A program made the translations under genes and the position numbers. From Lama guanicoe (Eukaryota), in NCBI GenBank assembly GCA_013239625.1, contig MU053561.1, positions 2,217,818 to 2,259,956 on the forward strand: a stretch of DNA of 42,139 nt, given 5' to 3'. The notes beneath the pieces are model-generated. The model saw nothing but the letters and a program-made list of their open reading frames with translations, was not told the DNA's origin and did not search any database. Below, piece by piece: positions 1 to 12,559 of this stretch; positions within the stretch are counted from its first letter, which is position 1; each line of letters begins with the position of its first letter.

Positions 1-651
1 CATAAAAGTCATTAAAATTATATGTAGGGCATTTTTTAATTTTGTACTTTGGTCTCACACATATACTTCTGGATATGTTGTAGATCTGAGGATTAACAAA
101 TACAGGAAAAGAAAACATAAAAAAGATATAACAAAATTAAAGTAGGTGAAATAACAAGAAAAAAGCAGGGAAAGGCAAAAGTCCTTGGCATCATGGTTTA
201 GGGGGAATTATTTTAGATACGTGAATTACTGCCAGGGTTACAGATTTAGTTACAGGTTACTTAGGTTATAGGATTTAGTCCCAGTCCTGCATGACAGGTT
301 CTCTCTAGCTCTTCTAAACTGCTGTTTCAGTGGAGGTTTATATGCTTAATAAATAAACACACAGCAGAAGTCTGGGATCCATGGTTAACTATGGAATTTA
401 CCACCCAGTAGTCTGCATTTCTTACTTGAACCATTAAACCATGCCTGCCTAGGTGTCAAATTTGATGAACATGTCACTCCCAGGTTTGAAATTTAGAAAC
501 TGGTAACACATTATAAAGTACTACTGAATACCAATGGTTCCTATTATCTGTCTCAGCATGTCATGAAGTTAATGGCAGATTTCTAAGAATCTATTTCTTG
601 AAGTGTTCTTACAGAAAATTCTGAAATAAAAGTTAGTATTTGTATCTTGTC

Positions 652-858
652 GTTCAGTTTATGTAGCATTTTCAAATATATTATCTCATAAATAGACCCA
701 CATGATTATTTTATTAAAATAAGTACAATCAGAAAAGATGAAGAAACAAAGGCATGAGGTTCAACAACTTACCTCAAATATTAAGCAATTATTAAGCAGG
801 AAAGTCTGGATTAGCCTTCTAACTCTAAATATCATACCAATTCTTGTTTTTTCCATAA
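652..858 (-). mobile_element. MIR SINE remnant
   Basis: gatgaagaaacaaaggcatgaggttcaacaacttacctcaa resembles the reverse-complemented MIR core. Confidence 0.55.
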
Positions 859-1544
859 GGTTTAAATCAGTAGTACCAAATTTAATAAATCAGTAATGAC
901 AAATTTCCTATATTTTATTCACTTAAGTCATTAAATGTCATAGGCTAAATATTGTACTCAGAAAACTAGTGAAAAAATAAAGTTAAAAAAAAGATACTAA
1001 CGATGTGCCTTTAAATCTAGGTTTCTTACTATATTCTTTTATATCTGTTGCCAAGTACTCTTCCTGAAGGTAATTACCATAATTATTCTCTGTGATTGCT
1101 GTGTGCATGTCACAGACATTATCATTACTCTAATTATAATACAGTTAGCCAAAGCTGAATTGTTACATTTCAGCTCAACTCCCTGTTTGTTTTGCAGACT
1201 ATTTATAGTTATGACAGATGTATACTGTTCAAAATATAATAATGGAACTTGATATACTTTTCAGAAGCTGATATAAAATATACAAAAACACTGAAAGGAA
1301 CAAATTGGACAATTTAATAAGGATTGCAGCTGCTAAAGGGGATATTAGGGCAGTTCCCCTAGAATTTTAAAAACCTCTTGCCAAAACAACCAGTGAATAG
1401 CTCTTTTTATAACATTCTCAAAATTAATAACTGCTGAGAGTGAATATACTCTAAAGAAGTAACTTGAATTTATTCTGTGGGAAAAACAAGTATGAATGAA
1501 AAAACTTTTTCACTGCAGTTTTGTATTATAAATAAATAAATAAA

Positions 1545-2748
1545 TAAATATATAATGAAAGTTGCCATTTTTACCATTTTTAAGTGGACTATTCAGCGGC
1601 ATTAATTACATTCACAGTGTTGTACAAACATCACCATTATTTCCAAAACTTTTTCATTACCCCAAATAGAAACTCTGTACCTATTAAGTAATAACTCCTC
1701 ACTCTCCTCTCACCCAAGCTCCTGGTAACCTCTAATATATTTTCTGTCTCTATACATTTGATAATTCTAGGTATTTGATATAACTGGATCATACAGTATT
1801 TTTCCTTTTGCAATTGCCTTTTTTCATCTTGGCATAATATTTTCAAGGTTCATCTATGCCACAGCATGTATAAGAACTTCATTCCTTTTTACAGCTAAAT
1901 AATATTCTATTATCTGTATATACCACATTATGTTTATCCTTCTGTTGAACACTTTGGTTGTTTCTACCTTTGGATATTGTGAATGAGATCTTGCTTTCAG
2001 AATCTTTTCAGAATCTGATACGCCTATATACCTAAGCATATCAGATGGAATTCTATGTTTAACTTTCTGAGAAACTACCTGTTTTTCACAGTGGCTGCAC
2101 CATTTTACATTCCCACCAAGAGTGTGAGAGGGTTCCAATTTCTCCAAAACCTCACCAACACTTATTATCTGTCCTTTTGATTACAGTCATCCTAGTGACA
2201 TCTCATCGTGCTTTGGACTTGCATTTCCCTAATGACTAACGATGGTCAGCATCTTTTTCATGCTTATTTCCCATTTGCATATCTTCCTTGGAGGATGTCT
2301 ATTCAAATTCTTTATCCATTTTTTTTAATTGAGTGTTTGTCTTTTTGTTGTTGAGTTATAGAAATTCTTTATATATTCTGGATATTAAGCCCTTTTCAGG
2401 TATATGATTTACAAATATTAACTCATTTATTTGCTATTTGATAAACTCTCATTCTGTGGGCTGTCTTTCATTCTCACAATAGTATCCTTTGATGCACAAA
2501 AGTTTCTGATTTATTAAAATCCAATTTATCTATTTTTTCTATTGCTGACTGTGCTTTGAAGAAATCACTGCCAAACCCAAGGTCATAAAGATCTACCCCT
2601 CTTTTCTTTGAAGAGTTTTATAGTTTTGGTCCTTAAATTTAGGGTCTTTGAGTTATTTCAAGTTAATTTTTGTATCTGGTATAAGATAAGGGCCCAACTT
2701 CATTCTTTTTCATGTGCCTATCCCATTTTCACACCGCCTTTGAAGAGA
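1545..2748 (-). mobile_element. L1MB-type LINE-1, ORF2 3' end and 3'UTR
   Basis: ORF 1854..2147 gives MEKLEPSHTLGGNVKWCSHCEK (L1 ORF2 C-terminus); typical L1MB 3'UTR at 1565-1850. Confidence 0.85.
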
Positions 2749-3169
2749 AAGAGTTACAATTTTAATAATTAAGATTCCATCAATACAACACTGTTGGTCA
2801 TTTCAGAGGCTGGCAATTCTTGAACAGTGATTTTTTTCAGTATTCTTAGATTTTGGTGTGGAAGATAGCATCTTCTTTTTGTTTAGAAGTGTTTTTAATC
2901 TTACTTCAAAAATAACAGATTTCCATTATCAAACTTACATTAATAGAGGTAAACAAAAGAAGAAAAACCATTCAGAAAAAAAATCACAGATAACACTTTG
3001 GTTTCTATTCTTGTAGTGTTTGTTTTCTCTCTTTTTCTAAATATCTTTCTAAATATTTCATATTTATCTATGTCAAGTATTCTATAACATAACTTTTAAT
3101 GGTTGTATTGTATACCACATCTGGAGGGACTATAATTTAATCAACTCTCTTTCACAAGATGTTTAAAAA

Positions 3170-3375
3170 CTGCACTGTACGATGCGATAGGCTCTACCCA
3201 CAAACAGCTTTTAAATTTAAATTAATTAAAGGCAAATACAATTTAAAATGCAGTTCCACAACCATATTAGCAACATTTCCCATACTCAATAACCACATGC
3301 AGCTAGTGATTACCATATTAGATAGAAAAGATACAGAACATTTTCATCATCATAAACTTCTACCGGATAGGACTA
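3170..3375 (-). mobile_element. MER3-like hAT-Charlie non-autonomous DNA transposon, inside an L1ME fragment
   Basis: tttaaatttaaattaattaaa...ctcaataaccacatgcagctagtgattaccatattagata...gaacattttcatcatc matches the MER3 consensus as recalled; about 205 bp. Confidence 0.8.
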
Positions 3376-3440
3376 CTTTAGAATGTTTCCAAATTATCCC
3401 TATTATAAATAACTCCAAAGTTACTGTAAATAATCTTTAC

Positions 3441-3500
3441 GTATATATATGTACATGTATATATACATACATACATATATATATGTGTATATATAGAGAG
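3441..3500. repeat. (TA)n/(TACA)n compound microsatellite
   Basis: gtatatatatgtacatgtatatatacatacatacatatatatatgtgtatatatagagag. Confidence 0.9.
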
Positions 3501-4252
3501 CTCCAAAAATTCCTTTGGAATACATGCCTAGAAATGAGTTGCTGGTTCAAAGGTTATACAAATTTTCATACTTTCAGAAACACTGGATTCAGGGATGTGT
3601 CCATTTCCTTTATCAGTTTGATAGACAAAGAGCAGTGTCTTCTGTTTAAAAGCTGTACTGATTTGATAAGGGATGTGGTGAAGTGGGAAGACAGAGGGAT
3701 AAAGGGCTCTGGTGACCAGTCTATGGCAACGCTACAAACATGGTACCAAAGACGGTAGTTTCTGTAAATTCTAATAATGTAGCACCGGTCTATACAGAAA
3801 GAGTGTATTGTCACACTGCATTGTCTCCATGAATCATTCATTTACATTAACACCACTTTTAGGGTTAAATATGAACATCTGTTTATTGTCCATTTATGTT
3901 TTGTTTTTTCATGAACAGAAAATATTTATTTACTGTTTTAAAAAAATCAGTTCCTTCAAAGAGCAATTCTAAAATTCTAATAAAATCACCTTCTCCCCAA
4001 ACAAAATACTGTCTCCTCAGACAGAGGACATAACGTCTACCAGTCTCACGTAACAACTGGTATGATCCTCTACTACAACGTCTATCACATTACATTCCAA
4101 CTACCTCTAAGTGTCTGCCTATCCCGCCTGCTAGCCTGGGAGCTGCCTGGATTCAGACCAAGTCCCATATATTTCTTTTCCATCTCTAGTCGCATCCAAG
4201 AGCCTGGTAAATAACAGACACTGATACCTTCTTTTAAAATGAATGACCAGGA

Positions 4253-4290
4253 GCTCCAGTTACGCAATTGGTTAGTGCACGGTACTTACA
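4253..4290 (+). pseudogene. Tailless retropseudogene: 5' half of tRNA-Ile(UAU)
   Basis: GCTCCAGTTACGCAATTGGTTAGTGCACGGTACTTACA versus mammalian tRNA-Ile-TAT 5' exon GCTCCAGTGGCGCAATCGGTTAGCGCGCGGTACTTATA (32/38); flanked by 15-bp TSD aaaatgaatg(a/c)ccag at 4236-4250 and 4290-4304. Confidence 0.85.
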
Positions 4291-4514
4291 AAATGAATGC
4301 CCAGATGTGGCTTGTCCAAGAGCAAGCACCCCATTTTCTAATCACTTAACATACTCAATTGTCCTTCATATTCCTTTACTAAATGCTTACCTCAAGTAAG
4401 GCTCTCATTTACGTGAAGATACAGTTTACAAATAAGGGGTTAAAAGCAAATGTCATATTATATTTTAGCAAAGTAATTACATATACATAAAATAAAATAC
4501 TCTAGTGACATGGG

Positions 4515-4655
4515 TTATTAATGAATCCATTTTACGAATCAAAAAACTAAAGCTACAAGAGATTGGAATCTTGCCAAAGGTAACAGCACTAGTAGATCTC
4601 AAGGTTATACACTAACTGGGGTTTCTAACACTACATGTTAATGTATTTTTTCACT
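4515..4655 (-). mobile_element. MIR SINE remnant
   Basis: ccattttacgaatcaaaaaactaaagctacaagagattggaatcttgccaaaggtaacagc matches the reverse-complemented MIR core. Confidence 0.65.
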
Positions 4656-4675
4656 ACATCAAGCAAAAGTTTTCA

Positions 4676-4816
<141 letters not shown>

Positions 4817-5449
4817 CTAAACAAAATAAAATAAAAATGCAATTAATGAATAAAAAATATCATTAAGGTTTTGTATTAATCTAGGCTTTGTTTTTTCACT
4901 CAGAACCTACACCACCTCCTGCCCTCCACTTCGTGCATATGTGTGATGGTAAGAAAAGGCTTCTATTTTTTAAATGACCCGTTATTTTAATAAGATGATA
5001 TATAATCATTATTTAAAAGTCAAGCAACAATAAAAATATAAAGAAAAGATCACAGACAGAAACTAATTTCAATGCTAACATCAGTGATAAACATCATTCT
5101 AGACATATTCAATATGTACATAATTAAACATACAAAGAAAAATAATTTCATAGACATATAATCATAATAGGATGTTTATACTAAAAAGTAGGAAACCACT
5201 CTGCTTTTAATACATGAAAAAGTAAAAGAAGTAAAACTAAACTGTTGAACTTTAAATATTGATCCCATAATAGATAACCCTAAATTCCTAAAATTCTAAT
5301 TCCTAAAAGATGTCTCTAAAGTTAACAGGGGGAAAAATCATGAAATATATTATGAAGCTGGAGACTTTCCTAGGGACTTTTGTTTTGATTCTTCTCTAGA
5401 TTGGATGATGATTTTTTTAAGTGCTTAAAAGAAAAAAAGAAAAATCACA

Positions 5450-7790
5450 AACGCGTTTTATTTCCTGTATTTACTTGAGAATGTTATTTCACATTCAAAA
5501 GATAACCTAGTTGGCATAAATGACTTGGGGAAACATTTTCTTTTTCACAAGGCCTTATATATAATTCACTATTTTCTGAACTTGAGCACAGCATTAAACT
5601 TTTTCATACACAATTTCAAATCATCTTTCATTGCCGGGATTCTGTCATCATGCAGTTTTAGGCTACATGGGATGGGCTCAGGGATGCCATATTACCTGTG
5701 TTTCATGTCAGAGACCAAGTCTAGTACAACAATCTCAATCTGAATAATTCCATGAATCAGGTTTAGTCAGCTCAGAATGATGTTGTTATGAAAGATGAAA
5801 AAAATCAGCGTTCTTTTGTCTTCTGGAAATTATGCATACATTCAATCCTCTCTTCTCTTTCACATCTATCATTTCCTCTCTTAATCTTTTTATCTATCTT
5901 TCAATGTTCATACGTTTACTAGCTTGTCTCAATTGTGTCTTCTAAGACTCTTATTATATTTTGAATGTTTTCTTTGTATTGCTTCCATTTTGCCTTTCAT
6001 TTTCATAATAACTTTATTTTTTTTACACTTTATTACTGATAACACATCTTATTGTCCTTGAGCACTTGTATCTCTGTTTACATATTTATTTCACAGATGA
6101 GAGCTTCATTATCTTCTCTCTCATGGTGATGTTTGGTCTAGGTCTTCAACTGCTATTTTTGGAAAAGTATTTTTTGGCTATCATTTATTTCTCATGTTCC
6201 TTCCTTCTTTTTCTTCTAGCAATATTTTTGTATAAATTCTATACCTGTTTTTCAGGTGGAACTACTCATTGCTATTCTTCTTGAACCAGCTATTCACCAG
6301 TTTTGACATAAAAGGCCAAGAAGAGTCCAGAGGTCAACGTGCTTTTTTAAGCCTTTGCTTCTCTCCTTAGGCAACTGAAACCAGCAGTGCAGCACTGCTC
6401 ATAACAGAATCTGTCACTCATTCTCTTCCTTCACCGAAGTGTGTGGGCTTTGGTGCGTCTGTGAGATTCCTAACTGAATTCTGTTTTTATAGCTTCTCAA
6501 CCCATCATATGCAGTGGGATCCAAAGAAGCATCCACCATCAGCCTGTGATCCAGTTCTCACGTTGCTAATAAGGATTTGGTTTTGTGCCTCAAGATGTAT
6601 CACGTACTTTACAGAGAACTGCTCTATTAGCTTTTTATTTTTGAAATCTCCAACCACAAATATCCTCTCTGTAGTTACCAAAACCTGTCTGTGACCTTGA
6701 TTGCTTATGCCAACTTTTATTCCTGTTTTGTTACATGAAGTATCAGTATCTCTTTCAATTTCGTTGAAAGTGGAGTTCATAGTTCTGTTTCTAATTTTTG
6801 TTGCTTTTAAGTGTGTTAGGTCCTCTACTTAAGAAATATCATGTTAGATTATCTCTGTTTCACAAATTTATCATCTTTTTAATCTATGTTTTTCCCTATT
6901 TTAGCTATGAATATTTCTTGCTTTTATTCCATGTCAGTAATTGTTTTCAACTACGTACAGTAAGTTATTTGTTGCTTTTCATTTATTTATTTTACAGAAA
7001 TATATTATGTAAAGTGTCAATTTGTTTCTTTAGCTCTACAATCTTCTTGTATCATTTTATTGTTTTATTTTATTTCTGAGTTCTAATTTTACTGAATTCC
7101 ATTTCTATTACAGTATGAATTGCTCATGGTGACTTTTAAACTGTCAAGCAGTGTTATCAGTCTTTTACATGCTATTTGCCGCCCTGTTTTTATTTCCCAC
7201 AGTATGTCTGCATAATTGTCATGCTTTCTCTTTCTATGGTGCTCACATTGACTGTTAGGTAAGCTCTGGCCTGAACTTTGGTCTGATACAGTGCAGATGA
7301 ATTGTCTCAAATTCCTTCCTACTGTGTGTGAACGGGGGCGTTCCTCCCCTCGTGGATACAGTTTGAGATCTGGAGTACTAGTGTCCTCGCCCACTTCCTG
7401 CAGCTTGAGGAGGATGGGAGGGGAGAACTCCTCTGGAGCTGGGGGCAGTGGTGCTCTGGACACCCAGGGCACTGGCCTCCCTTGTAAGATTAGCAGGGAA
7501 TACCAGGAGTATACTGACTTGCTTTCTCTGCCCAGTAAGGATTTAGGATAGGGTAGGAGACACACTTAACATACTATAGCAGAAATCTATTGTTGCTGCT
7601 GCTGGGTTTTTTCTTTTTTTTTTTTTTTGGCTGTCACATGTTTTGGACATGAGGTTGCAGACTTTCTTTTCATTGCCATAGATGAATTTTTGCTGGTATT
7701 TATTATTTTTATTGTCATTCTTCATTTAATCAGGAAAGGAGAAATTCTGTGATCTGGCTCCATTTTGCTATCCTTACCTGAAAATTCTCA
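5450..7790 (-). mobile_element. Highly diverged ancient L1 (L1ME/HAL1-like) ORF1 and 5'UTR remnants
   Basis: T-rich plus strand; aaagataacctagttggcataaatgacttggg resembles reversed ORF1 C-terminal sequence; boundaries uncertain. Confidence 0.4.
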
Positions 7791-7899
7791 ACTGATAAAA
7801 TATTTCAGACACAGAAACGAATATATATAGATTCTACTTACATAGGACAACACTACACCACCTCTGCCATTCTGTTTACCATGACCCATTCACTTACTA

Positions 7900-9060
7900 C
7901 TACCTTTGTCTGAGATGTGGTCACAGCCCTGAATTTTATGTCTATCATTATCTTGACTCTATTAAAACCACATTTGAATCCCTAAATAACACACCTCTGC
8001 TTCTGGTCAACTTTATAATAAAGTTGTAGTATACTCTTTTGATTGATGAATGTTGACCATAATTAATTTTTTTTCACTGCTGTGTTGAATCTTATCACAT
8101 AAATTGCTAATATAAAACAATGCTTTTATGTATATAATGTACATGCACATACAAGAGTGGAACTGCTGAGTTAAAGGGTATATGTATTTTCAACTTAACC
8201 ACATATTGTCTTTTAAATTTAAGCCTTTCATGCTCCTGGAATTGTTATAGTCTACAATGCTACTACACTTGTCATAATGTTTCCACATCTATATGGGTCT
8301 GCTTACGGGCTGTTTATCCTGTTCATCTGTCTTACTTGTGTCTATCCACCAGATCTATACTGTCAGTGTTGATAACTGGGTAATGCAAATCCACCCAACA
8401 TGTTTTTCTTCAGGAGTATCTTGAATGTTTCTCTTCTATTTAAATTCTACAAGTGTCTAGTCAAGTTCCATTAAAAAGGGGGGGGCACTGGAGAATTCAT
8501 TGGTACTGAACTGATGCTACAGATCAATTTGGAGGTAACTGAAATTTTACAATATTGTTTATCTATACATGAACATAATACAACTCCCCATTTATTTAGG
8601 TCCTCTACAATGTCATTTAATAGTTTCAAACTTTATCTTTTGTTAGATTTATTTGTGAGATATTTATACTTCTGTCCCTACCACATAAGCTATGTTTTTA
8701 GAAATGATACCTTCTTGCCTGCTGTAGCTGGTGCAAAGAAATACTACTAATTTTTAATATCCATATTGATCTTTCATTCAAAAAATAGATTAAGCTTATT
8801 TCTAATAATTTAAATGTAGATTGCCTTAATATTTTAGGTAATCATGTAATCTGTGACTAATTACTGTTTTCTTCCTTCCTTTTCAATTCTTTACCTTTTC
8901 GTTCGTTTTGTTTGTATTGTCTTGCAATGCTGACTAAGTATTTCAGCACAATGCTAAATAGAGATAGTGAAGGAATTTTTTAAAAATCTACCTACTAGTG
9001 GTTATATCTTCTCAACAGTAAGTATTTTAAATATGTTCTAAATAGAAGGGATATTTCTTT
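7900..9060 (-). mobile_element. Ancient L1 (L1ME-like) ORF2/3' fragments
   Basis: tagatcaatttggagg...tctatacatgaacataatacaactccccatttatttaggtc and tttcagcacaatgctaaatagagatagtga are reversed L1 ORF2 motifs. Confidence 0.65.
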
Positions 9061-9135
9061 ACATAATTTTAAAAAAGACAAACATCTTCTAAGCATTAAT
9101 CAAATCTTTGGGGGTAAATCTTAAAGATACTTTTA

Positions 9136-9387
<252 letters not shown>

Positions 9388-9429
9388 TCAGAAATTATTA
9401 TCTCAAATACAACAGCTTACTTATATCTA

Positions 9430-10130
9430 AAAATTTTTTTATAATTTTAAAATTATTTAACAGAACATCCACATGTTCTAGAGATCAAAACAATGTAGAA
9501 AACTGTACATTAAATCTGTTTCACCCCATTCTCATTCCTCATCCCCTACCAGGCCCCAAATATAATCATTTATCAGCTTTTCATGTATTAGTACAGACAT
9601 TTTTACATATACATAAGCAATCCAAATATATATTCTTATTTTCCTCCTTTCTTAAACAAAACACAGCAAAGTACACTTACTGTTCTGTGCCTTGGATTTT
9701 GCTATTAAGATGTACCTCAGTAGGCTTCTGATCTCAGTTCATAAACAACTTTCTCATTTTGTTTTTGTTACAGATGCACAGAATTCCATGACAGTAATGA
9801 TTTTCAGATGAAATGTCCCACCCCAGAGGCATATGAAAATGTCTGACAGCATCCTGAATTGTTTTAAACCTTGAAGGTGCAACTTGTATTTATTGCACTG
9901 GGGTCAAAGATGTAACAGGACAGTATCATACAATAAAGAACTGTCCTGCCTCAAATGCTAAAAGTGCCTGTATGAAAACTACTGCATTACATACATAGAT
10001 ATAATTTATTCAATCAATCCTCTACTTGTGGTCCTTTAGCATATTTCTAATATTGTGCTATTATAAAAACTTATAGTGACTAATCTTGCCTACAGTTCAT
10101 TTGTGCAGGTATATCTCTAGGATATCTTCC
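9430..10130 (-). mobile_element. L1ME-like 3' end fragment, interrupted by a MER20-like element
   Basis: ataatttattcaatcaatcctctacttgtgg...atttctaatattgtgctattataaaaa...gcaggtatatctctaggata is typical of reversed L1ME 3' ends. Confidence 0.6.
9792..9984 (+). mobile_element. MER20-like hAT-Charlie DNA transposon
   Basis: cagt...ccccagaggcatatgaaaatgtctga...caggacag...caataaagaactgtcctgcctcaaatgctaaaagtgcc...actg; cagt/actg termini. Confidence 0.65.
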
Positions 10131-10692
10131 TGCTGTTTGTTTTTTTTTTAACCTGCCTTATAAACTTTCACCGGAAGCCAGGCTACATAAATGAAAAGTG
10201 TAGATGCTTTGGATGTTGTTTTCTTTCTCAAGTTAAGTTTCTTCTGAAACATAGATCATATATAGGCAGATTATCTTGGCTTTAGGCTTTATTCAGGGTA
10301 GTCTATTTCAGTTTCACTTTTACATCCAGGGAGTGGCCCTCTGGTATCTCAGTTGAAAGCTGGCCATGTTTACCGAGGGCCCTTCACACTGGCAGCCTTA
10401 AACACTAACCACTGTCTCCCCAGCACCATGTAGTTGTTAAATTTTCTCCATTATATCTACTTGTATATTGGCAATTCAGCATGCTATGTTTCATTTATCT
10501 GTATGTGTTGGAAAAAACATTAAAATAGGTATGAGGATGTATCACTACCTTGCTTAAAGTTCTTTAATTTTTTGGTGCTATTTTTATATTGTTTTTGAAA
10601 TTAAGGTAGGCAAACGCCACTAACAGGTTTTTTTTGAAGCCACACATGAGAGTCAAGGAAGAAATATGGGTACAGTAACTATGTAGGGTAGT

Positions 10693-11255
10693 CATTCATT
10701 TCACAAATATTAAGTGTCTACTACGATCTGAGAGATATAGTAGTAAACCTGATATATAACATTCCTGTTCCCATAACAAATAAGACCATTTTAAACAGTG
10801 ATAATTGTTATGAAGAAGATTAAATAGTGATAGAATACTGAGTACTAGTGACAGAATGAGTCAGAAGACTTTACGTATAATGTTAACAAAAAGTGTTTCT
10901 GAAATGACACAATTTAAACTGAGATCTAAATGATGAGAAGAAGCCAGTGATAAAAAGAGCTGGAAGAAGAAAATTCCCAGCAGAGGAAACAGCACATGTA
11001 ATGGCCCTGTGGGAAAAGAAGGTGGCTGGTGTGGCTAGAGCTCAGGAAGGGGAAATGAATGACATAGGATGAGGTTAAAAAGCTAGGTATAATCCACACC
11101 ATGCAGGAATTCTGTAGCTATGGTAAAATTTTAAAATTTTTATTCTAAGTATGATGAGCATGGAGAAGAAATGTAACATAATACTTAAGGAGTAAAGCAT
11201 ACCATTTAGAAAGATTACCTAGGCGTCAGCATGGCAATTGGATTATAGTGTAGTC
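10693..11255 (-). mobile_element. L2 LINE 3' region
   Basis: tcattcatttcacaaatattaagtgtctacta (reversed L2 tail) and gagatctaaatgatgagaagaagccag...cagaggaaacagcacatgtaatggccctgtgg. Confidence 0.8.
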
Positions 11256-11397
11256 AAGTACAAACAAAATCCCTCTTCCATGTAAAAAGTTTCTGGCCAG
11301 AAGTCTCAAATGAAAATATCATTCACAGTACATTTAAACGCTTCAAAATACTAAATTCTAAACAAGGTTTTTCACTTATTTTACACACAGCCTCATG

Positions 11398-11910
11398 GGG
11401 CCCTCCACCTTGGCAGCCTTGAACACTAACACCTGTCTCCCCAGTGCCATGCAGCTATCAAGCTTCCCCTTTGCCCTTTAGTGTCCAAACGCTGTTTTCT
11501 AGTTTCCTTGCGTCTTGTCTCGGGCATGCGCAGTTACAGAATCAGCCAACAATTTGAGAGAAATTTGTACATAACTTTTGGGGCTTTTAATCTGCAATTC
11601 TTTCCTGTCTTGAGATTTCTGTCCCTTATGTCTCAACTTCTGTCAACTCCAAGGCCTGACCATAGTCTCCTTTGCTCCAAATGACCAGTACTTTAGGCTT
11701 GGCCTCAGCCACTCTGCACGGTAATTTAGAACACACCCTCAGAGGGAGAGCCTGTGTTTCTACAGAGATGACCTTCTCGTAGTATCAGGGCCCCTTGAGT
11801 CCTCCCCTGAGTTAGCTGCTCTCCAATCCCTTCAAACCATTTTGTTTCTGATTGTTTTTGGTGGGAGAGTTAACCTGATAAAAACTATTCCATGGTTGGA
11901 ACTGGAAATC
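11398..11910 (-). mobile_element. Ancient L1ME-type 5'UTR fragment, probably continuous with 10200-10440
   Basis: ttgtttttggtgggagagttaacctgata...ctattccatggttggaactggaa resembles a reversed L1ME 5' terminus. Confidence 0.55.
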
Positions 11911-12027
11911 AAGATTAATTATTCAAGTAGCAAACTTTATGGGTTATTCCTCCTTCTACTTTCATTTCAATCTAAGTTTGAAGTTTGGCAATGCTGGATT
12001 TCTCAGGTCTTTTCCATACAGACAAAT

Positions 12028-12074
12028 TAATAATAATAATTATATAATAATAATAATAATAAATAATAATAATA
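12028..12074. repeat. Interrupted (AAT)n microsatellite
   Basis: taataataataattatataataataataataataaataataataata. Confidence 0.9.
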
Positions 12075-12559
12075 TCCTGCAGTCTTTCTTCATCTCAGAC
12101 TTAAATTGTAAGCTAATTAAATTAAAATGCTCATCTAAGAAAGTTATATGACTCTGACAATGGTATTGAAGAAAATCAGAAACTCTGTCATGAAACTAAG
12201 GAAAGAGAACAGATACACGCACATCACTCGCCATATCCTCTTACGGAGGTTTGTCTGGAACTCCAGTTAGCTTTTTTTCTCACAAAGAGGTAGTTTACAT
12301 TATATATAGTGTATGAAATCAGAGAATAATCAAGTCAGATTTAATGTTTAGTATTAAATACTAATTTTTTAATGTAAATTTAAACTCCATAAAGTTCTCC
12401 ATTAGAAAGAAATAACTAAACTAGATTAGTTTTTCCAAATAAAGCTGTCAGAGAATCATGCCTCCAGAAAAACAAATGCTTATAACTTTTATTCTCAAGG
12501 GCGTGGGGGCAAGGGGAATAAGAGTCAAATTTTCAAGTAATTTCCAATATTTACAGTGA

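Noticed and set aside
3159..3758. 199-aa ORF, the longest in the track
   Set aside because: Runs through MER3, an L1ME remnant and a TA microsatellite (YVYICTCIYTYIHIY); no recognisable protein.
3585..3770. Possible retrocopy fragment or RFX site (ctatggcaac)
   Set aside because: No recognisable peptide in the frames examined, no TSD or tail, and only a half-site motif.
5621..5798. Intronic C/D-box snoRNA suggested by a terminal stem and an ATGATGA
   Set aside because: On either strand the C-box-like motif is near the 3' end and no D box sits at the proper position.
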